Sequence record: OR699282.2
Source: Escherichia phage BAU.Micro_ELP-22
Length of the DNA: 64,000 nucleotides
Strand: one strand, 5' to 3'
Shown: positions 29,073 through 39,086 of the stretch, piece after piece
Position numbering within the stretch: position 1 is the first letter of the stretch
How the letters are laid out: each line of letters opens with the position of its first letter
The notes under the pieces: model-generated
What the model was told of the DNA's origin: nothing
What the model saw: the letters and a program-made list of their open reading frames with translations, nothing else
The model's database searches: none
Made by a program: the position numbers and the translations under genes

Positions 29073-29140
29073 ATTCCCTCCTTTATTCATTATACTATAT
29101 TTAATACAAATAAGAAAGCCAGTACAAAGTACTGGCATAA
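29060..29140 (-). promoter_or_regulatory. conserved 5' cassette of RCC1 family: terminator hairpin GCCAGTAC-N3-GTACTGGC, TATAAT, SD
   Basis: Near-identical ~80-bp copies upstream of 8 of the 11 genes (ends near 30360, 31166, 32428, 33638, 36030, 37200). Confidence 0.6.
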
Positions 29141-29142
29141 TT

Positions 29143-30285
29143 TCAATAAACATCCCAAGGTAATGGTGTCTTCCTAAATCCATACCTGGTTGTGCTCGCA
29201 CCATCGCCAGCAATGTATCGACCGATGCCACATTGGTATAACTCTGTACTACTACATATAGCACCACCAATAGTACCACTACCCCACTGAATTATATTAG
29301 AATATGTTATTGGTAAATCACTACATTTAGTATATACACCAACGGTAGCAGAACCACTAATACCACCAAACATGCTTCGGTTAGCACCAGTGTAATATAT
29401 ACCATCTGGACTCATAAATGCAGAGGTGTACGTTGTACTACAATCCACTGGACTTCTTATAGTATTAAGATCGCCAGGGTATGTTCTAGCAGCATATACG
29501 TAAACATTACCATCAGTAGTAATACCATTACCCAACTGACCACTGTTCTGACCACCACACGTAACTAACGATGCAGAACCAGAAACAATTGCAGTAGCAT
29601 TATACGAAGTACCCATTGCAATAGAAGCACCAGACAATAGTTTTGGTGTAACGATAGCTGTTGTATTACCCTGTCCTAATTCACCATTTGTGTTACGTCC
29701 CCATGCGTATATAGAAGTCGTATCCAATCGACATAGTACTGAACCATAACTAAACGTATATCGCATGTCATTTACAGCAGAAGGCAAATTAACCTTAGTT
29801 GCAACACTAATAACACCACCAGTAACACCACTGTTTGCGTTCATGTTACGACCATATGCATATAAAGAACCATCTGAAGTTTTAATATGCATCATACCAT
29901 CTGTGCAATATAATGCATCGATGCTATCCACCGCAACCGGACCCATACTGGCAGTTATATCGGTCCACCCAAGAGTAGTAGTGCTAGAAATTAAGTTATT
30001 TCCTGCGTAAAGGATTCTATTATTATTAGTAACTACCACTGTATATCTAGCAGTAACTCCAATTAATCGAACATCAGTATATATCTTAGACCACGCACCT
30101 AGTGAATTGGTATTTGCATCCAAAAAGCCTAACTGCCCATCTGTATTGTATCCAATACCCCATACATCACCTGCACTGTCCAATAACACTTCATGTGAAA
30201 AGCCAATCTTAAAATCTTTTATTGTAGGAACTACTGGAACTGGTGCTATATTCCCGTACTTAACCATTCTTGCAAAAGGTAACAT
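29143..30285 (-). CDS. RCC1-like repeat protein, leader-peptide family
   Basis: Start at MLPFARMVKYGNIAPVP; motifs GYNTDGQLG, GRNTNGELGQGN, GGQNSGQLGNG. Confidence 0.8.
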   Translation of the reverse strand: MLPFARMVKYGNIAPVPVVPTIKDFKIGFSHEVLLDSAGDVWGIGYNTDGQLGFLDANTNSLGAWSKIYTDVRLIGVTARYTVVVTNNNRILYAGNNLISSTTTLGWTDITASMGPVAVDSIDALYCTDGMMHIKTSDGSLYAYGRNMNANSGVTGGVISVATKVNLPSAVNDMRYTFSYGSVLCRLDTTSIYAWGRNTNGELGQGNTTAIVTPKLLSGASIAMGTSYNATAIVSGSASLVTCGGQNSGQLGNGITTDGNVYVYAARTYPGDLNTIRSPVDCSTTYTSAFMSPDGIYYTGANRSMFGGISGSATVGVYTKCSDLPITYSNIIQWGSGTIGGAICSSTELYQCGIGRYIAGDGASTTRYGFRKTPLPWDVY

Positions 30286-30356
30286 AATTCCCTCCTTATT
30301 CATTATACTATATTTAATAAAAATAAGAAAGCCAGTATCAAGTACTGGCCTATATT

Positions 30357-31094
30357 TTAGACTGAATTGTTAGGATAATATCTCCCACGTCCCCATATTA
30401 TTCGCACAGCACCACCACCAGCAGCCGTATAAGAAAAATTATCCCATATACTACCACCACCACCATACATCTTACCAGCACCACCACTACCAGCACCACC
30501 ATTATATGAACCATCGTATCTACCGCCAATACCATTAGCACCTTGAACAATAATACCAGTACCACCACCCGTACCAATGAACGAGGTATTATAGAATGCA
30601 CCACCACCACCGCCGCCGCCAGCACCATTTTCACCAGTGATTGCATCTCCGTTACCACCTTTACCAGTGTAGCCACCAGCACCACCACCAATGACTGCAC
30701 CACCACTTACACCAGTATTGCCACCATTACCACCACCATCATTAATAGCGTTAGCAGCTTTTCCACCTAGTCCACCAACCGTATATGCACCAGTGAAGCT
30801 AACACATAGTTTTTCAGTTCCACGATATAAACCGTTTTCAACTGGTGTAGTAGTGTTGGTATGCGTAAGAGAAACACTTAAGTACTCACCACTAGTAACC
30901 GGAATATTATTACGCCACGATAAGCCGCCACCAGCACCACGTTGACCACCCGGCGAAATAACACATACTGATATTTCGGTAACGCCAGCAGGAACTGTAA
31001 ATTGTGTTGTTCCTATTGTCGTGATTAATTGTTCACCATGTGGCTTATATTCAATTTCATTCCCGTACTTAATCATTCTTCCAAAAGGTAACAT
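30357..31094 (-). CDS. glycine-rich protein carrying the same N-terminal leader
   Basis: 245 aa; MLPFGRMIKYGNE start then Gly-rich low-complexity body (GGxGxGG runs), no RCC1 motifs. Confidence 0.7.
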   Translation of the reverse strand: MLPFGRMIKYGNEIEYKPHGEQLITTIGTTQFTVPAGVTEISVCVISPGGQRGAGGGLSWRNNIPVTSGEYLSVSLTHTNTTTPVENGLYRGTEKLCVSFTGAYTVGGLGGKAANAINDGGGNGGNTGVSGGAVIGGGAGGYTGKGGNGDAITGENGAGGGGGGGAFYNTSFIGTGGGTGIIVQGANGIGGRYDGSYNGGAGSGGAGKMYGGGGSIWDNFSYTAAGGGAVRIIWGRGRYYPNNSV

Positions 31095-31166
31095 AATTCC
31101 CTCCTTTATTCATTATACTATATTTAATACAAATAAGAAAGCCAGTACTTTGTACTGGCTAAATTA

Positions 31167-32357
31167 TTACAATTGTCTAGGTGTATCCAGTACATATCTA
31201 TTTGTAGTAGGACCACCATCATCATATGTTCCGGTTGAATATATATTTTTCATATCAGCAGTTAGGAAAGTACGATACGAACCGCGATATATTTTTATTT
31301 TATCATACATAGAATATGTTATTCCTGACGGCAATGGACATGCAGTAAACTTACCAACAGTTGCACTAGTACCAATACCCAATGAACCAGCATAACTACT
31401 GGCATTTAAACCAGTTGCATATACACCAGTACTCGTAACTAGTATACTAGATTGTGTTGGGTATCCTGTATGAATTGAATACAAAGTTCCAGTTGGTAAT
31501 GTCGTACTATTGCTCCCTAATACAGCAAGTGCCGAACTGGTTGTGGTATTGTTACCCCATGCACCATTACTCGCTAAACCACCAACTAGAAACTGACGTG
31601 CACCAGAACTTGGATTCTCAACCAAAGCACTGACTGCACCACTTGAGCATCCAGTGTATTGTAACGTTTTTGTGTATGTTGTACTTGGTTTATATAAAGT
31701 ATATTCATTAAATGGTGTCCATGTGGTACTGGTACTTATACCTGACGTACCACCACCAATATATAAATTATTTTGTGTATCAAAAAACATTACACAGTTA
31801 TTTGTTGACTGTATTTGTGCAATATCAACATTAGGCGTGACAGCTTTTACAAATGATCCATCTGTTATTTGTTGAGTACTACCAGTACCATCAGCGAATT
31901 GTCTAGCCCCACTCCAACCAGTACTCCATATTGTATTATTATCCATTAATACCGTAAACCACGTAGTACCTCCATACATCTGTTTAATTGAAGTACTTGA
32001 ACTTTGCGTGTACAAATTTTCAATATATTGGTTATAACTTAAAAACGTAGTAGTACTAGTTGGTAAACCAACATGATCACCATATCCACAATAAAAATAA
32101 TTTGAGTCATTATCTTTTACTAATAAAGTTCCTTGTGTAACCCAGCAATCGTTAACGTTTTCTCTAATTAATGTCCATGATTTTAATGCAGTGTTGTTTC
32201 CCCTACCAAATTTCCCAAAACTATTATTCCCACGTGCATATAGTTGACCATCCGTATACAGAACAACAACATCTAAATCAGTTGGGATTATTTTCTTAAT
32301 TTGAAGTGGTACTGGGGCAATATTCCCATAATTCATCATTCTTGCAAAAGGTAACAT
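31167..32357 (-). CDS. RCC1-like repeat protein, leader-peptide family
   Basis: 396 aa; MLPFARMMNYGNIAPVP start. Confidence 0.75.
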   Translation of the reverse strand: MLPFARMMNYGNIAPVPLQIKKIIPTDLDVVVLYTDGQLYARGNNSFGKFGRGNNTALKSWTLIRENVNDCWVTQGTLLVKDNDSNYFYCGYGDHVGLPTSTTTFLSYNQYIENLYTQSSSTSIKQMYGGTTWFTVLMDNNTIWSTGWSGARQFADGTGSTQQITDGSFVKAVTPNVDIAQIQSTNNCVMFFDTQNNLYIGGGTSGISTSTTWTPFNEYTLYKPSTTYTKTLQYTGCSSGAVSALVENPSSGARQFLVGGLASNGAWGNNTTTSSALAVLGSNSTTLPTGTLYSIHTGYPTQSSILVTSTGVYATGLNASSYAGSLGIGTSATVGKFTACPLPSGITYSMYDKIKIYRGSYRTFLTADMKNIYSTGTYDDGGPTTNRYVLDTPRQL

Positions 32358-32428
32358 AAATTCCTCCTTTATTCATTATACTATATTTAATACAAATAAG
32401 AAAGCCAGTACAGTGTACTGGCATTATA

Positions 32429-33568
32429 TTATTTCCACGGTAGAAGTGAATCAGGAACCCTTGTTGGTACAGTAGTTGAAGACATTCCAGTAAGATTGGG
32501 TACACCACATGTGTATAAATTATTATATTCGTCAACTAACATCGTATAAGAATAGCTCTTACAAAAACTACTAAGATTACTACCTTCTAATGCAGTAAGA
32601 TCCATTTCAGCGAATGATGTTATATACATATCAGTTGTACCAATACCACATTGACCATTTGAATTAAGGCCACATGAAAATAACTTATTATTATTATTAA
32701 TTATACAGGATGGTCCGGTAAGGTTTGTCCCAAGCTCACCCACCAACTCCACTTCTCCTTGGAATGATAAATTTGGAATTAATGTACTCATTGGGGCTAC
32801 TGACCTATTTCCTGTACCTGCTTGTCCATAGTCGTTAATAGATGCAACTTTAACATTACCATCATTAAGAAATATATAAGAAGTTTCATTTGTATTGACT
32901 GCTTTAATTGCATTACTAATCGAAGTATCTTGTGTAAATGTGAGCAAGTTTTGTGTCGTCGTTCCTGATACAAACGTTCTACCTGCATACCAATATGAAC
33001 CATCATTTAGTACTAATCCAGTACTATATATTGCACAACCAGCACTGATAACATTTTCTATTGTACTATAGGTGAATCGTGAAACGCTTGAAGTTGATCC
33101 ATTCCCAAAAACACCACCAGTACCAGCACCACAGTAGAACCACTTTCCATTTTTTAAAAATACACGCATACACGAAGATATCACAACACTATCAATATCA
33201 TCTGCACTGACACCGAAATCAGTAAAGTTCTGTGTTATATCAACCCAAACGCCGTTAGTGTTTGAAGATAGTATTGGAATAACAGTACGTCTACCAGTGT
33301 ACCAAATAGTACCATCTTTCTTTATAGCAATTGTTCCTTGTACCCCACCCCAATATCGTGTAACATTTGAGTTGACAAGAGTCCATTCAGTTGAAGAGTC
33401 CAATGAACCATTACCACTTTGTCCATATGCTGAAGAACCAAACCAATATAGATTGCCATTTGTGTGTAAATAAAATTTGGCATCAGCAGAACATTGTAAC
33501 CTGTTTTTAGGTAGAATCAGTTCAGGTGCGATATTCCCGTACTTAACCATTCTTGCAAAAGGTAACAT
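32429..33568 (-). CDS. RCC1-like repeat protein, leader-peptide family
   Basis: Start at internal MLPFARMVKYGNIAPE; motifs GLNSNGQCGIG. Confidence 0.75.
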   Translation of the reverse strand: MLPFARMVKYGNIAPELILPKNRLQCSADAKFYLHTNGNLYWFGSSAYGQSGNGSLDSSTEWTLVNSNVTRYWGGVQGTIAIKKDGTIWYTGRRTVIPILSSNTNGVWVDITQNFTDFGVSADDIDSVVISSCMRVFLKNGKWFYCGAGTGGVFGNGSTSSVSRFTYSTIENVISAGCAIYSTGLVLNDGSYWYAGRTFVSGTTTQNLLTFTQDTSISNAIKAVNTNETSYIFLNDGNVKVASINDYGQAGTGNRSVAPMSTLIPNLSFQGEVELVGELGTNLTGPSCIINNNNKLFSCGLNSNGQCGIGTTDMYITSFAEMDLTALEGSNLSSFCKSYSYTMLVDEYNNLYTCGVPNLTGMSSTTVPTRVPDSLLPWK

Positions 33569-33638
33569 ATTCCCTCCTTTATTTGTTATACTATATTTAA
33601 TACAAATAAGAAAGCCAGTACAGTGTACTGGCATTATG

Positions 33639-34748
33639 TTATTTTGGTAAATCAATTTTAGTAAAGACTGCAACATCCTCGATTGCACCTGGAATGGCGT
33701 AATACGATCCAGTACTATACACATCTCCATTTTTGGTTAATATCGATGTCAAACCATCACTAAAAAGAACATCCCTAATCTCACTAACTTCAACGGGTAA
33801 TTGTAAATTGGTAGCACTATATATAGCACCAGTTTGAGAATTGTTTAATCCCAAACCACGGTTCGCCCCAACACCCTTCTGATATGTACTAGTAATTACC
33901 ATTTGTGTAGCAGTATTTAAGGCAGGTGAATTCGTCATAAACAATGGAGAACTATTAGGCAAAGTACTTACAGGAACTGCACGGAATGTAGTCGTACCTG
34001 AACTAAGAAAGTTTGGAGTTTGACCACATACGAAATATGATGTACCATTATAGTAATTTAATGCATTACCACCAATGGCTGCATCGATTACACCAGAACT
34101 ACGCAATCCCCAAGTGTTAATTTGTGTTTGGTTCCCCGTACCATGCTGCCCACTACTATTCCATCCAGAACTATATAGCTTATTATCTAATGTAAGATAC
34201 ATACTATCATTCGCATTGGTCATTACTTTACGAACGTTCGTAGCACATTGAGTTAATGTGTAAATTGATGAGGAACCAATACCCAAAGAACCACGATATC
34301 CATTATCTCCTGCACCATAGAGTACTGAATTAGTGCTAAGTACAAATATTAAACCATTTGTACATACAATATTAGCAATTTCACTTACTGGTATAGCATT
34401 GGTAAACCAATTAGTTCTTTCAACTAATACAGTACTGTAAGAAGTAGTTGTAGAAGATGAGAACCAGTACGTTTGACCTGATGTCCATATCGTATTATCA
34501 TTTTTAATAATAACAAGTGTACGATCACCCACGAAAAAATTAGAAACATCTGCACTTACTAATGTCCACGAAGACACCGTGTTGGTATTACCATTTCCAG
34601 ATTCACCACCTTGATTTCTACCTATGTAATATAAATCATGTGAATCAGTCAATAAGAATTGGCCTTGGGTAGAAGCACCAACTTTAATTATTTTTTTAGG
34701 ACCAGGGACAATATTTCCATACCTAATCATTCTTCCAAAAGGTAACAT
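33639..34748 (-). CDS. RCC1-like repeat protein, leader-peptide family
   Basis: Start at MLPFGRMIRYGNIVPGP; GWNSSGQHGTGN; SD overlaps the stop of the upstream gene. Confidence 0.75.
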   Translation of the reverse strand: MLPFGRMIRYGNIVPGPKKIIKVGASTQGQFLLTDSHDLYYIGRNQGGESGNGNTNTVSSWTLVSADVSNFFVGDRTLVIIKNDNTIWTSGQTYWFSSSTTTSYSTVLVERTNWFTNAIPVSEIANIVCTNGLIFVLSTNSVLYGAGDNGYRGSLGIGSSSIYTLTQCATNVRKVMTNANDSMYLTLDNKLYSSGWNSSGQHGTGNQTQINTWGLRSSGVIDAAIGGNALNYYNGTSYFVCGQTPNFLSSGTTTFRAVPVSTLPNSSPLFMTNSPALNTATQMVITSTYQKGVGANRGLGLNNSQTGAIYSATNLQLPVEVSEIRDVLFSDGLTSILTKNGDVYSTGSYYAIPGAIEDVAVFTKIDLPK

Positions 34749-34756
34749 ATTCCCTC

Positions 34757-35959
34757 CTATTGTTGCCATAACTGCGTTGGCATTAATGTTAGTGTAGTAG
34801 TACTATAAGTGCCATCTGGCAATCTACCACCATTTCCATTCCAGCCACCACATGCATATAATTTATAATCTTTAGTAATTATTATGGTTCTGCTCCAATC
34901 TTTAGATGCCATAAGAACATTGTCATAACCACCACTTATTGCACTAAGATTAAAAATATTCCAAGTTCTAACTAATGTATTAGTTCCATTACCTTCTTGA
35001 CCATATGAGTTAGCACCACTACTTCTAACATATGGTGCGTATTGTGCCATAGGTGCACCAATTGATGCATTTCCCATATTACTTGGACAAATAAAAGTAC
35101 TGTACTTACTTACATCAACCGTGACCGATGTGTTCCTAATTGGTGTTAGCTGATTTACCGATGTAGTCGTACCATTACCAGCTTGTCCAGAACTGTTAGC
35201 CCCGCTATAATATACAGACCCACCAGTAGTAAACCACCAAGTAACATCGTATGTAGTACTAATATGTTCTACATTACTAATCACGAATTTGTTCAAATAT
35301 ACAACAGAACTACCACCACATCCACTTTCACCAAAGTTATCCTTACCACAAAACCATGCATCTTTATTTGATTTGATATAGTGCGTTCCTTGTAATGAAC
35401 ATGCCATATGTGTAACTTCACCCATATTAGTCATAACTGTGAGTGTAGGGATGGAATTTTTATTCCCAGAGCCACATTCACCATTAGTATTTCTTCCACA
35501 CGCAATTACTCTACCATCGGTTAATAATATTCTAGTACTTTCACCTATATATACACTCTTGATCATATTAGCCATAACACCTATTTTATTAAATGCAACA
35601 GTAACATCAGTCCATGTTGTCAAATAACCATTAACAGGTGTTGCATCTCCATAATCAGAAAATGCACCCACAGACCCAGTGTAGTATATTTTATTATCCA
35701 AATCAATCATCAATGAACCTTGAACACCAAGCCAAAAGGCTGCACAGTTCCTTGCAAGTACTGTAAATGACGAAACTGCTGCTGAATTCCCAAGACCAAA
35801 TTGATAAAAGTTATTACTACCATAACCATATAAAGTATTAGTTGGGTTATGGAGATACATACAGTTTGTATAATGTTGTTGTAAAACATCTGAGAACTCT
35901 ACAGGTACTGGACCTGGTGCAATATTTGCGTACTTAACCATTCTTCCAAAAGGTAACAT
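34757..35959 (-). CDS. RCC1-like repeat protein, leader-peptide family
   Basis: 400 aa; MLPFGRMVKYANIAPGP; GANSSGQAGNG, GRNTNGECGSGN. Confidence 0.8.
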   Translation of the reverse strand: MLPFGRMVKYANIAPGPVPVEFSDVLQQHYTNCMYLHNPTNTLYGYGSNNFYQFGLGNSAAVSSFTVLARNCAAFWLGVQGSLMIDLDNKIYYTGSVGAFSDYGDATPVNGYLTTWTDVTVAFNKIGVMANMIKSVYIGESTRILLTDGRVIACGRNTNGECGSGNKNSIPTLTVMTNMGEVTHMACSLQGTHYIKSNKDAWFCGKDNFGESGCGGSSVVYLNKFVISNVEHISTTYDVTWWFTTGGSVYYSGANSSGQAGNGTTTSVNQLTPIRNTSVTVDVSKYSTFICPSNMGNASIGAPMAQYAPYVRSSGANSYGQEGNGTNTLVRTWNIFNLSAISGGYDNVLMASKDWSRTIIITKDYKLYACGGWNGNGGRLPDGTYSTTTLTLMPTQLWQQ

Positions 35960-36030
35960 ATTTCCCTCCTTTATTCATTATACTATATTTAATACAAAAA
36001 GAAATGCCAGTATCAAGTACTGGCATCGTA

Positions 36031-37140
36031 TTACTTGGGTAATGGAATTGTGGTCCATCTATTTGCGGCAACGTCACCTGGTACATATGTAGGACTACCA
36101 CTTACAGCAATAGTTTCATTACCATCATATACAACACTGAAGTTTGTGCACGTATACAACGCTGCGGCATCTGGATTGTAATTTTCAAGTGTTAGTGTAT
36201 TGGTGAACAAATTCAATGCAGTAGTTGAGCCGTTTTTACCATATGCACCTGTAGTATATATCTTTCCTTCTGTTGTTGAGTACATATTAACATATGACCC
36301 AGATGATGATTTAGCAATTTTATCTATCTTGCTATCTATTGTTTTAGAGTTAAATTGAAATGGATATACCTGTACGTTAGTATCTAAACCATTTCCCAGT
36401 TCCCCATTTAACTGCCACCCTGTGTGGTACATTCCCGCATTTGTATATGCAAGCGTACTATACGCATTACCACCCATTATTTTAGTGCCAGATAATTTTA
36501 AACCAAACGATGTCCACTTACCAGTTTCATTTCCTATGGAACCATAAGCACTTGTACCACACGCACGAAGCTCGCCATTTGACGTTAGAAGCACTGTATT
36601 ATTAACGTTACCAAATATATCAATAACCTGATTAGTGCCATTATTCAGTACTGAAGTAAAAGTACTCTGTGAGTAAGTACTACCTGAACCAACAGAACCA
36701 TTTGTGTTCATACCTCTTCCATATACAATTTTACCATCAGCACTAACATAGTGCATTGAATCAAAACCAATGGATATCATTTTAATATCAGATATATCTG
36801 GAAATGAAGAAGTTACATCTACTCCACCTAGTGGAATTGTATTATTTCCTAAACCTAATGAGACATTAGTTCCGTGCATTATAAATTTATCTTCTTTAAA
36901 ATATAAAATATTATATCCACCAGCCCATGCATTATTAACGCCATTTGTAATCAGTACCCATTTATTTTGTGTAGTAGTTCCAGTAATATTTAACTGTTGA
37001 TAGTTATTGATTCCACAACCATATAGCGATCCATCACCATATAGTACATATAAATTATCATATCCTGCAATAACTTTCTTTATTTTTTTGGGTACAGGTG
37101 CTACGTTCCCATAATTCATCATTCTTGCAAAAGGTAACAT
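36031..37140 (-). CDS. RCC1-like repeat protein, leader-peptide family
   Basis: 369 aa; MLPFARMMNYGNVAPVP; first gene of the array, divergent from the 37244 promoter. Confidence 0.8.
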   Translation of the reverse strand: MLPFARMMNYGNVAPVPKKIKKVIAGYDNLYVLYGDGSLYGCGINNYQQLNITGTTTQNKWVLITNGVNNAWAGGYNILYFKEDKFIMHGTNVSLGLGNNTIPLGGVDVTSSFPDISDIKMISIGFDSMHYVSADGKIVYGRGMNTNGSVGSGSTYSQSTFTSVLNNGTNQVIDIFGNVNNTVLLTSNGELRACGTSAYGSIGNETGKWTSFGLKLSGTKIMGGNAYSTLAYTNAGMYHTGWQLNGELGNGLDTNVQVYPFQFNSKTIDSKIDKIAKSSSGSYVNMYSTTEGKIYTTGAYGKNGSTTALNLFTNTLTLENYNPDAAALYTCTNFSVVYDGNETIAVSGSPTYVPGDVAANRWTTIPLPK

Positions 37141-37243
37141 ATATCCCTCCTTTATTCATTATATCATATTTACCCCATAAAGAAAACCCTTGACATCCTT
37201 TCAGTACTGGTGTACTATAGAAGGAATATAAGGAGAACTACAC

Positions 37244-37471
37244 ATGACAAATACTCTTAAGTACTACCTGAATACTCTAAATGAACTAGAGTACGGTGAG
37301 TTTCTCGCAGATAGTTCGTGGCTAATTGAGCTAAAAAATTATAATAGTCCAGGATGCACCCTTATGATGAACAATGCAATTGATACCCTCATAGTAAGCA
37401 TATTGCACAGCAACATCTGCGGGGATAGCAATAAACAATTATCAAAAATCTTAGTACTGCTATCTATATGA
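37244..37471 (+). CDS. small protein, tandem family S (75 aa)
   Basis: SD AAGGAGAA; first member of array. Confidence 0.6.
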   Translation: MTNTLKYYLNTLNELEYGEFLADSSWLIELKNYNSPGCTLMMNNAIDTLIVSILHSNICGDSNKQLSKILVLLSI

Positions 37472-37671
37472 ATATCGAACAGTACTACATCGATGCACTA
37501 CCAACAAAAGGTCTACGTGAAAGCCTACTGCATACACAAACTAATTTCAAACACCTCAAACGTAGCCCTAAACTCCTGAACTCGTACAGGAATAATAACA
37601 TAAGAAATGCTTTACAAGGGGTAGAATGTATGCAATACTATTACATCCTTACCCTATTAATCGAGTACTAA
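37468..37671 (+). CDS. small protein, tandem family S
   Basis: 67 aa; ends LTLLIEY. Confidence 0.6.
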   Translation: MNIEQYYIDALPTKGLRESLLHTQTNFKHLKRSPKLLNSYRNNNIRNALQGVECMQYYYILTLLIEY

Positions 37672-37672
37672 T

Positions 37673-37882
37673 ATGAATACTGAACATAAAGAATTCTACA
37701 CCAAATACCTTAGCAACGAAGAACAATTGTTTCTAAGGAGTGTATCACCTGTAAGTACCAATACTCAATTCGGTAGAGATTGCTTTAATAATTGTATACG
37801 TAGTACTCTAGAAGCAATCGAATGCAATAACAAAAATATTATGTACTCAGGTTTAATAGGACTAATATATTTCTATGAATAA
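37673..37882 (+). CDS. small protein, tandem family S
   Basis: 69 aa; MNTEHKEFY..C..LIYFYE. Confidence 0.6.
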   Translation: MNTEHKEFYTKYLSNEEQLFLRSVSPVSTNTQFGRDCFNNCIRSTLEAIECNNKNIMYSGLIGLIYFYE

Positions 37883-38069
37883 TCATAAAGATTTCTATTG
37901 TAGTAAACTACCCAAACAAGAACAGCTATCATTCTCTTTAGCACCACCTATGAGAAAGGATAATCTGTATTATAATTACGATTTCAGGATGGTGACACGT
38001 TATGCAATAGAACATCAGTTCCCTGAAACTAAGTACCGCTCTATCCTGAACCTCATCTTTAAGTTCTAA
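37875..38069 (+). CDS. small protein, tandem family S
   Basis: 64 aa; MNNHKDFY..LIFKF. Confidence 0.6.
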   Translation: MNNHKDFYCSKLPKQEQLSFSLAPPMRKDNLYYNYDFRMVTRYAIEHQFPETKYRSILNLIFKF

Positions 38070-38121
38070 AAGGTACACCAGGGACCGAGTACTTTAATAT
38101 AGTAAGGCTAATTACATTATA

Positions 38122-38307
38122 ATGAATCATATAAGCTACTACTACCAACAACTATCCGACAGAGACAAGTACAGTCACAACTCCCATGTGTGGTACTACA
38201 AACGCGGCAGTATAAGAGACAAACAACATTACTTCTGTATTTCTATTAAAGAAGCACTGACAACTAAGTACACGTACCGAGCAGTACTTAAACTTATTGA
38301 AATGTAA
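38122..38307 (+). CDS. small protein, tandem family S
   Basis: 61 aa; ..YTYRAVLKLIEM. Confidence 0.55.
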   Translation: MNHISYYYQQLSDRDKYSHNSHVWYYKRGSIRDKQHYFCISIKEALTTKYTYRAVLKLIEM

Positions 38308-38317
38308 AGAGAATACT

Positions 38318-38500
38318 ATGAACATTGAATTGTACTTAAGTAAATTACAGCCTGGCGATAGATTCATCTACAATAAGTTCGAATTCAACTACAAGAACGG
38401 GAGCAACAAATATCGTCGAGGATACCTATATACAAGCACAAGAGATGCACAAAACGAAAAGTACACATACAGAGAAGTACTTAAACTAATCTCTATTTGA
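38318..38500 (+). CDS. small protein, tandem family S
   Basis: Internal ATG; ..YTYREVLKLISI. Confidence 0.55.
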   Translation: MNIELYLSKLQPGDRFIYNKFEFNYKNGSNKYRRGYLYTSTRDAQNEKYTYREVLKLISI

Positions 38501-38508
38501 GGTAATAT

Positions 38509-38694
38509 ATGAATACATTTGAGTACTATACCAATAAACTATCTATGCCTGAAAGATCTCATCTCTATGTGTGGAGAAATGCGTATAAAAGCGGCAATAA
38601 ACTTATACAAAGAAATTCCCTTACAGTGTGTACAAATTTAATTAAAGCAGAGTACCGCACATATATTGAAGTACTCAAACTGATAGCAATATAA
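38509..38694 (+). CDS. small protein, tandem family S
   Basis: 61 aa; MNTFEYY..C..VLKLIAI. Confidence 0.6.
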   Translation: MNTFEYYTNKLSMPERSHLYVWRNAYKSGNKLIQRNSLTVCTNLIKAEYRTYIEVLKLIAI

Positions 38695-38702
38695 GGTACT
38701 CT

Positions 38703-38882
38703 ATGCAAGAATTCTATATCTATAACCTCCAGCACAAAGATAGATACAACTATAATAAATTCCAAAGGTACTACACAGTCGGGAACAAAAGAGATAAAAA
38801 ACGTTATCTACTCTCGTGTACAGTAGAAGCACAAAACGAAAAGTACACGTACAGAGAAGTACTTAAACTAATCTCAATCTAA
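38703..38882 (+). CDS. small protein, tandem family S
   Basis: 59 aa (below track cutoff); MQEFY..YTYREVLKLISI. Confidence 0.55.
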   Translation: MQEFYIYNLQHKDRYNYNKFQRYYTVGNKRDKKRYLLSCTVEAQNEKYTYREVLKLISI

Positions 38883-38889
38883 GGTAGAC

Positions 38890-39078
38890 ATGAACACTTT
38901 TGAGTACTACTTCAATAAACTAAACCACATAGAACAAAGTATGCACTACACATTTATTCAGAACCATCAATCATCTTCACCTCTAATTAAAAACATATCG
39001 ATTGAGATTATAACTAACAGTGTACTGTCATCTGAACGTTATATGTATATTGATGTACTGAAACTCATCTCTATGTAA
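38890..39078 (+). CDS. small protein, tandem family S
   Basis: 62 aa. Confidence 0.6.
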   Translation: MNTFEYYFNKLNHIEQSMHYTFIQNHQSSSPLIKNISIEIITNSVLSSERYMYIDVLKLISM

Positions 39079-39086
39079 GGAATACT

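Noticed and set aside
27897-29279. 460-aa extended ORF, and similar N-terminal extensions at 29143..30303, 32429..33730 and 33639..34769
   Set aside because: The extensions read through the conserved terminator-promoter cassette; the SD and conserved MLPF start are internal, so the shorter starts were used.
30398-30945. ORFs 30398..30706 (-), 30543..30770 (+) and 30691..30945 (+) inside the glycine-rich gene
   Set aside because: They are alternative-frame or antisense readings of low-complexity GGN-repeat DNA; the in-frame gene 30357..31094 with leader peptide and SD explains the region.
30357-31094. Glycine-rich protein as a collagen-like protein
   Set aside because: There is no regular G-X-Y triplet periodicity; the glycine runs are irregular.
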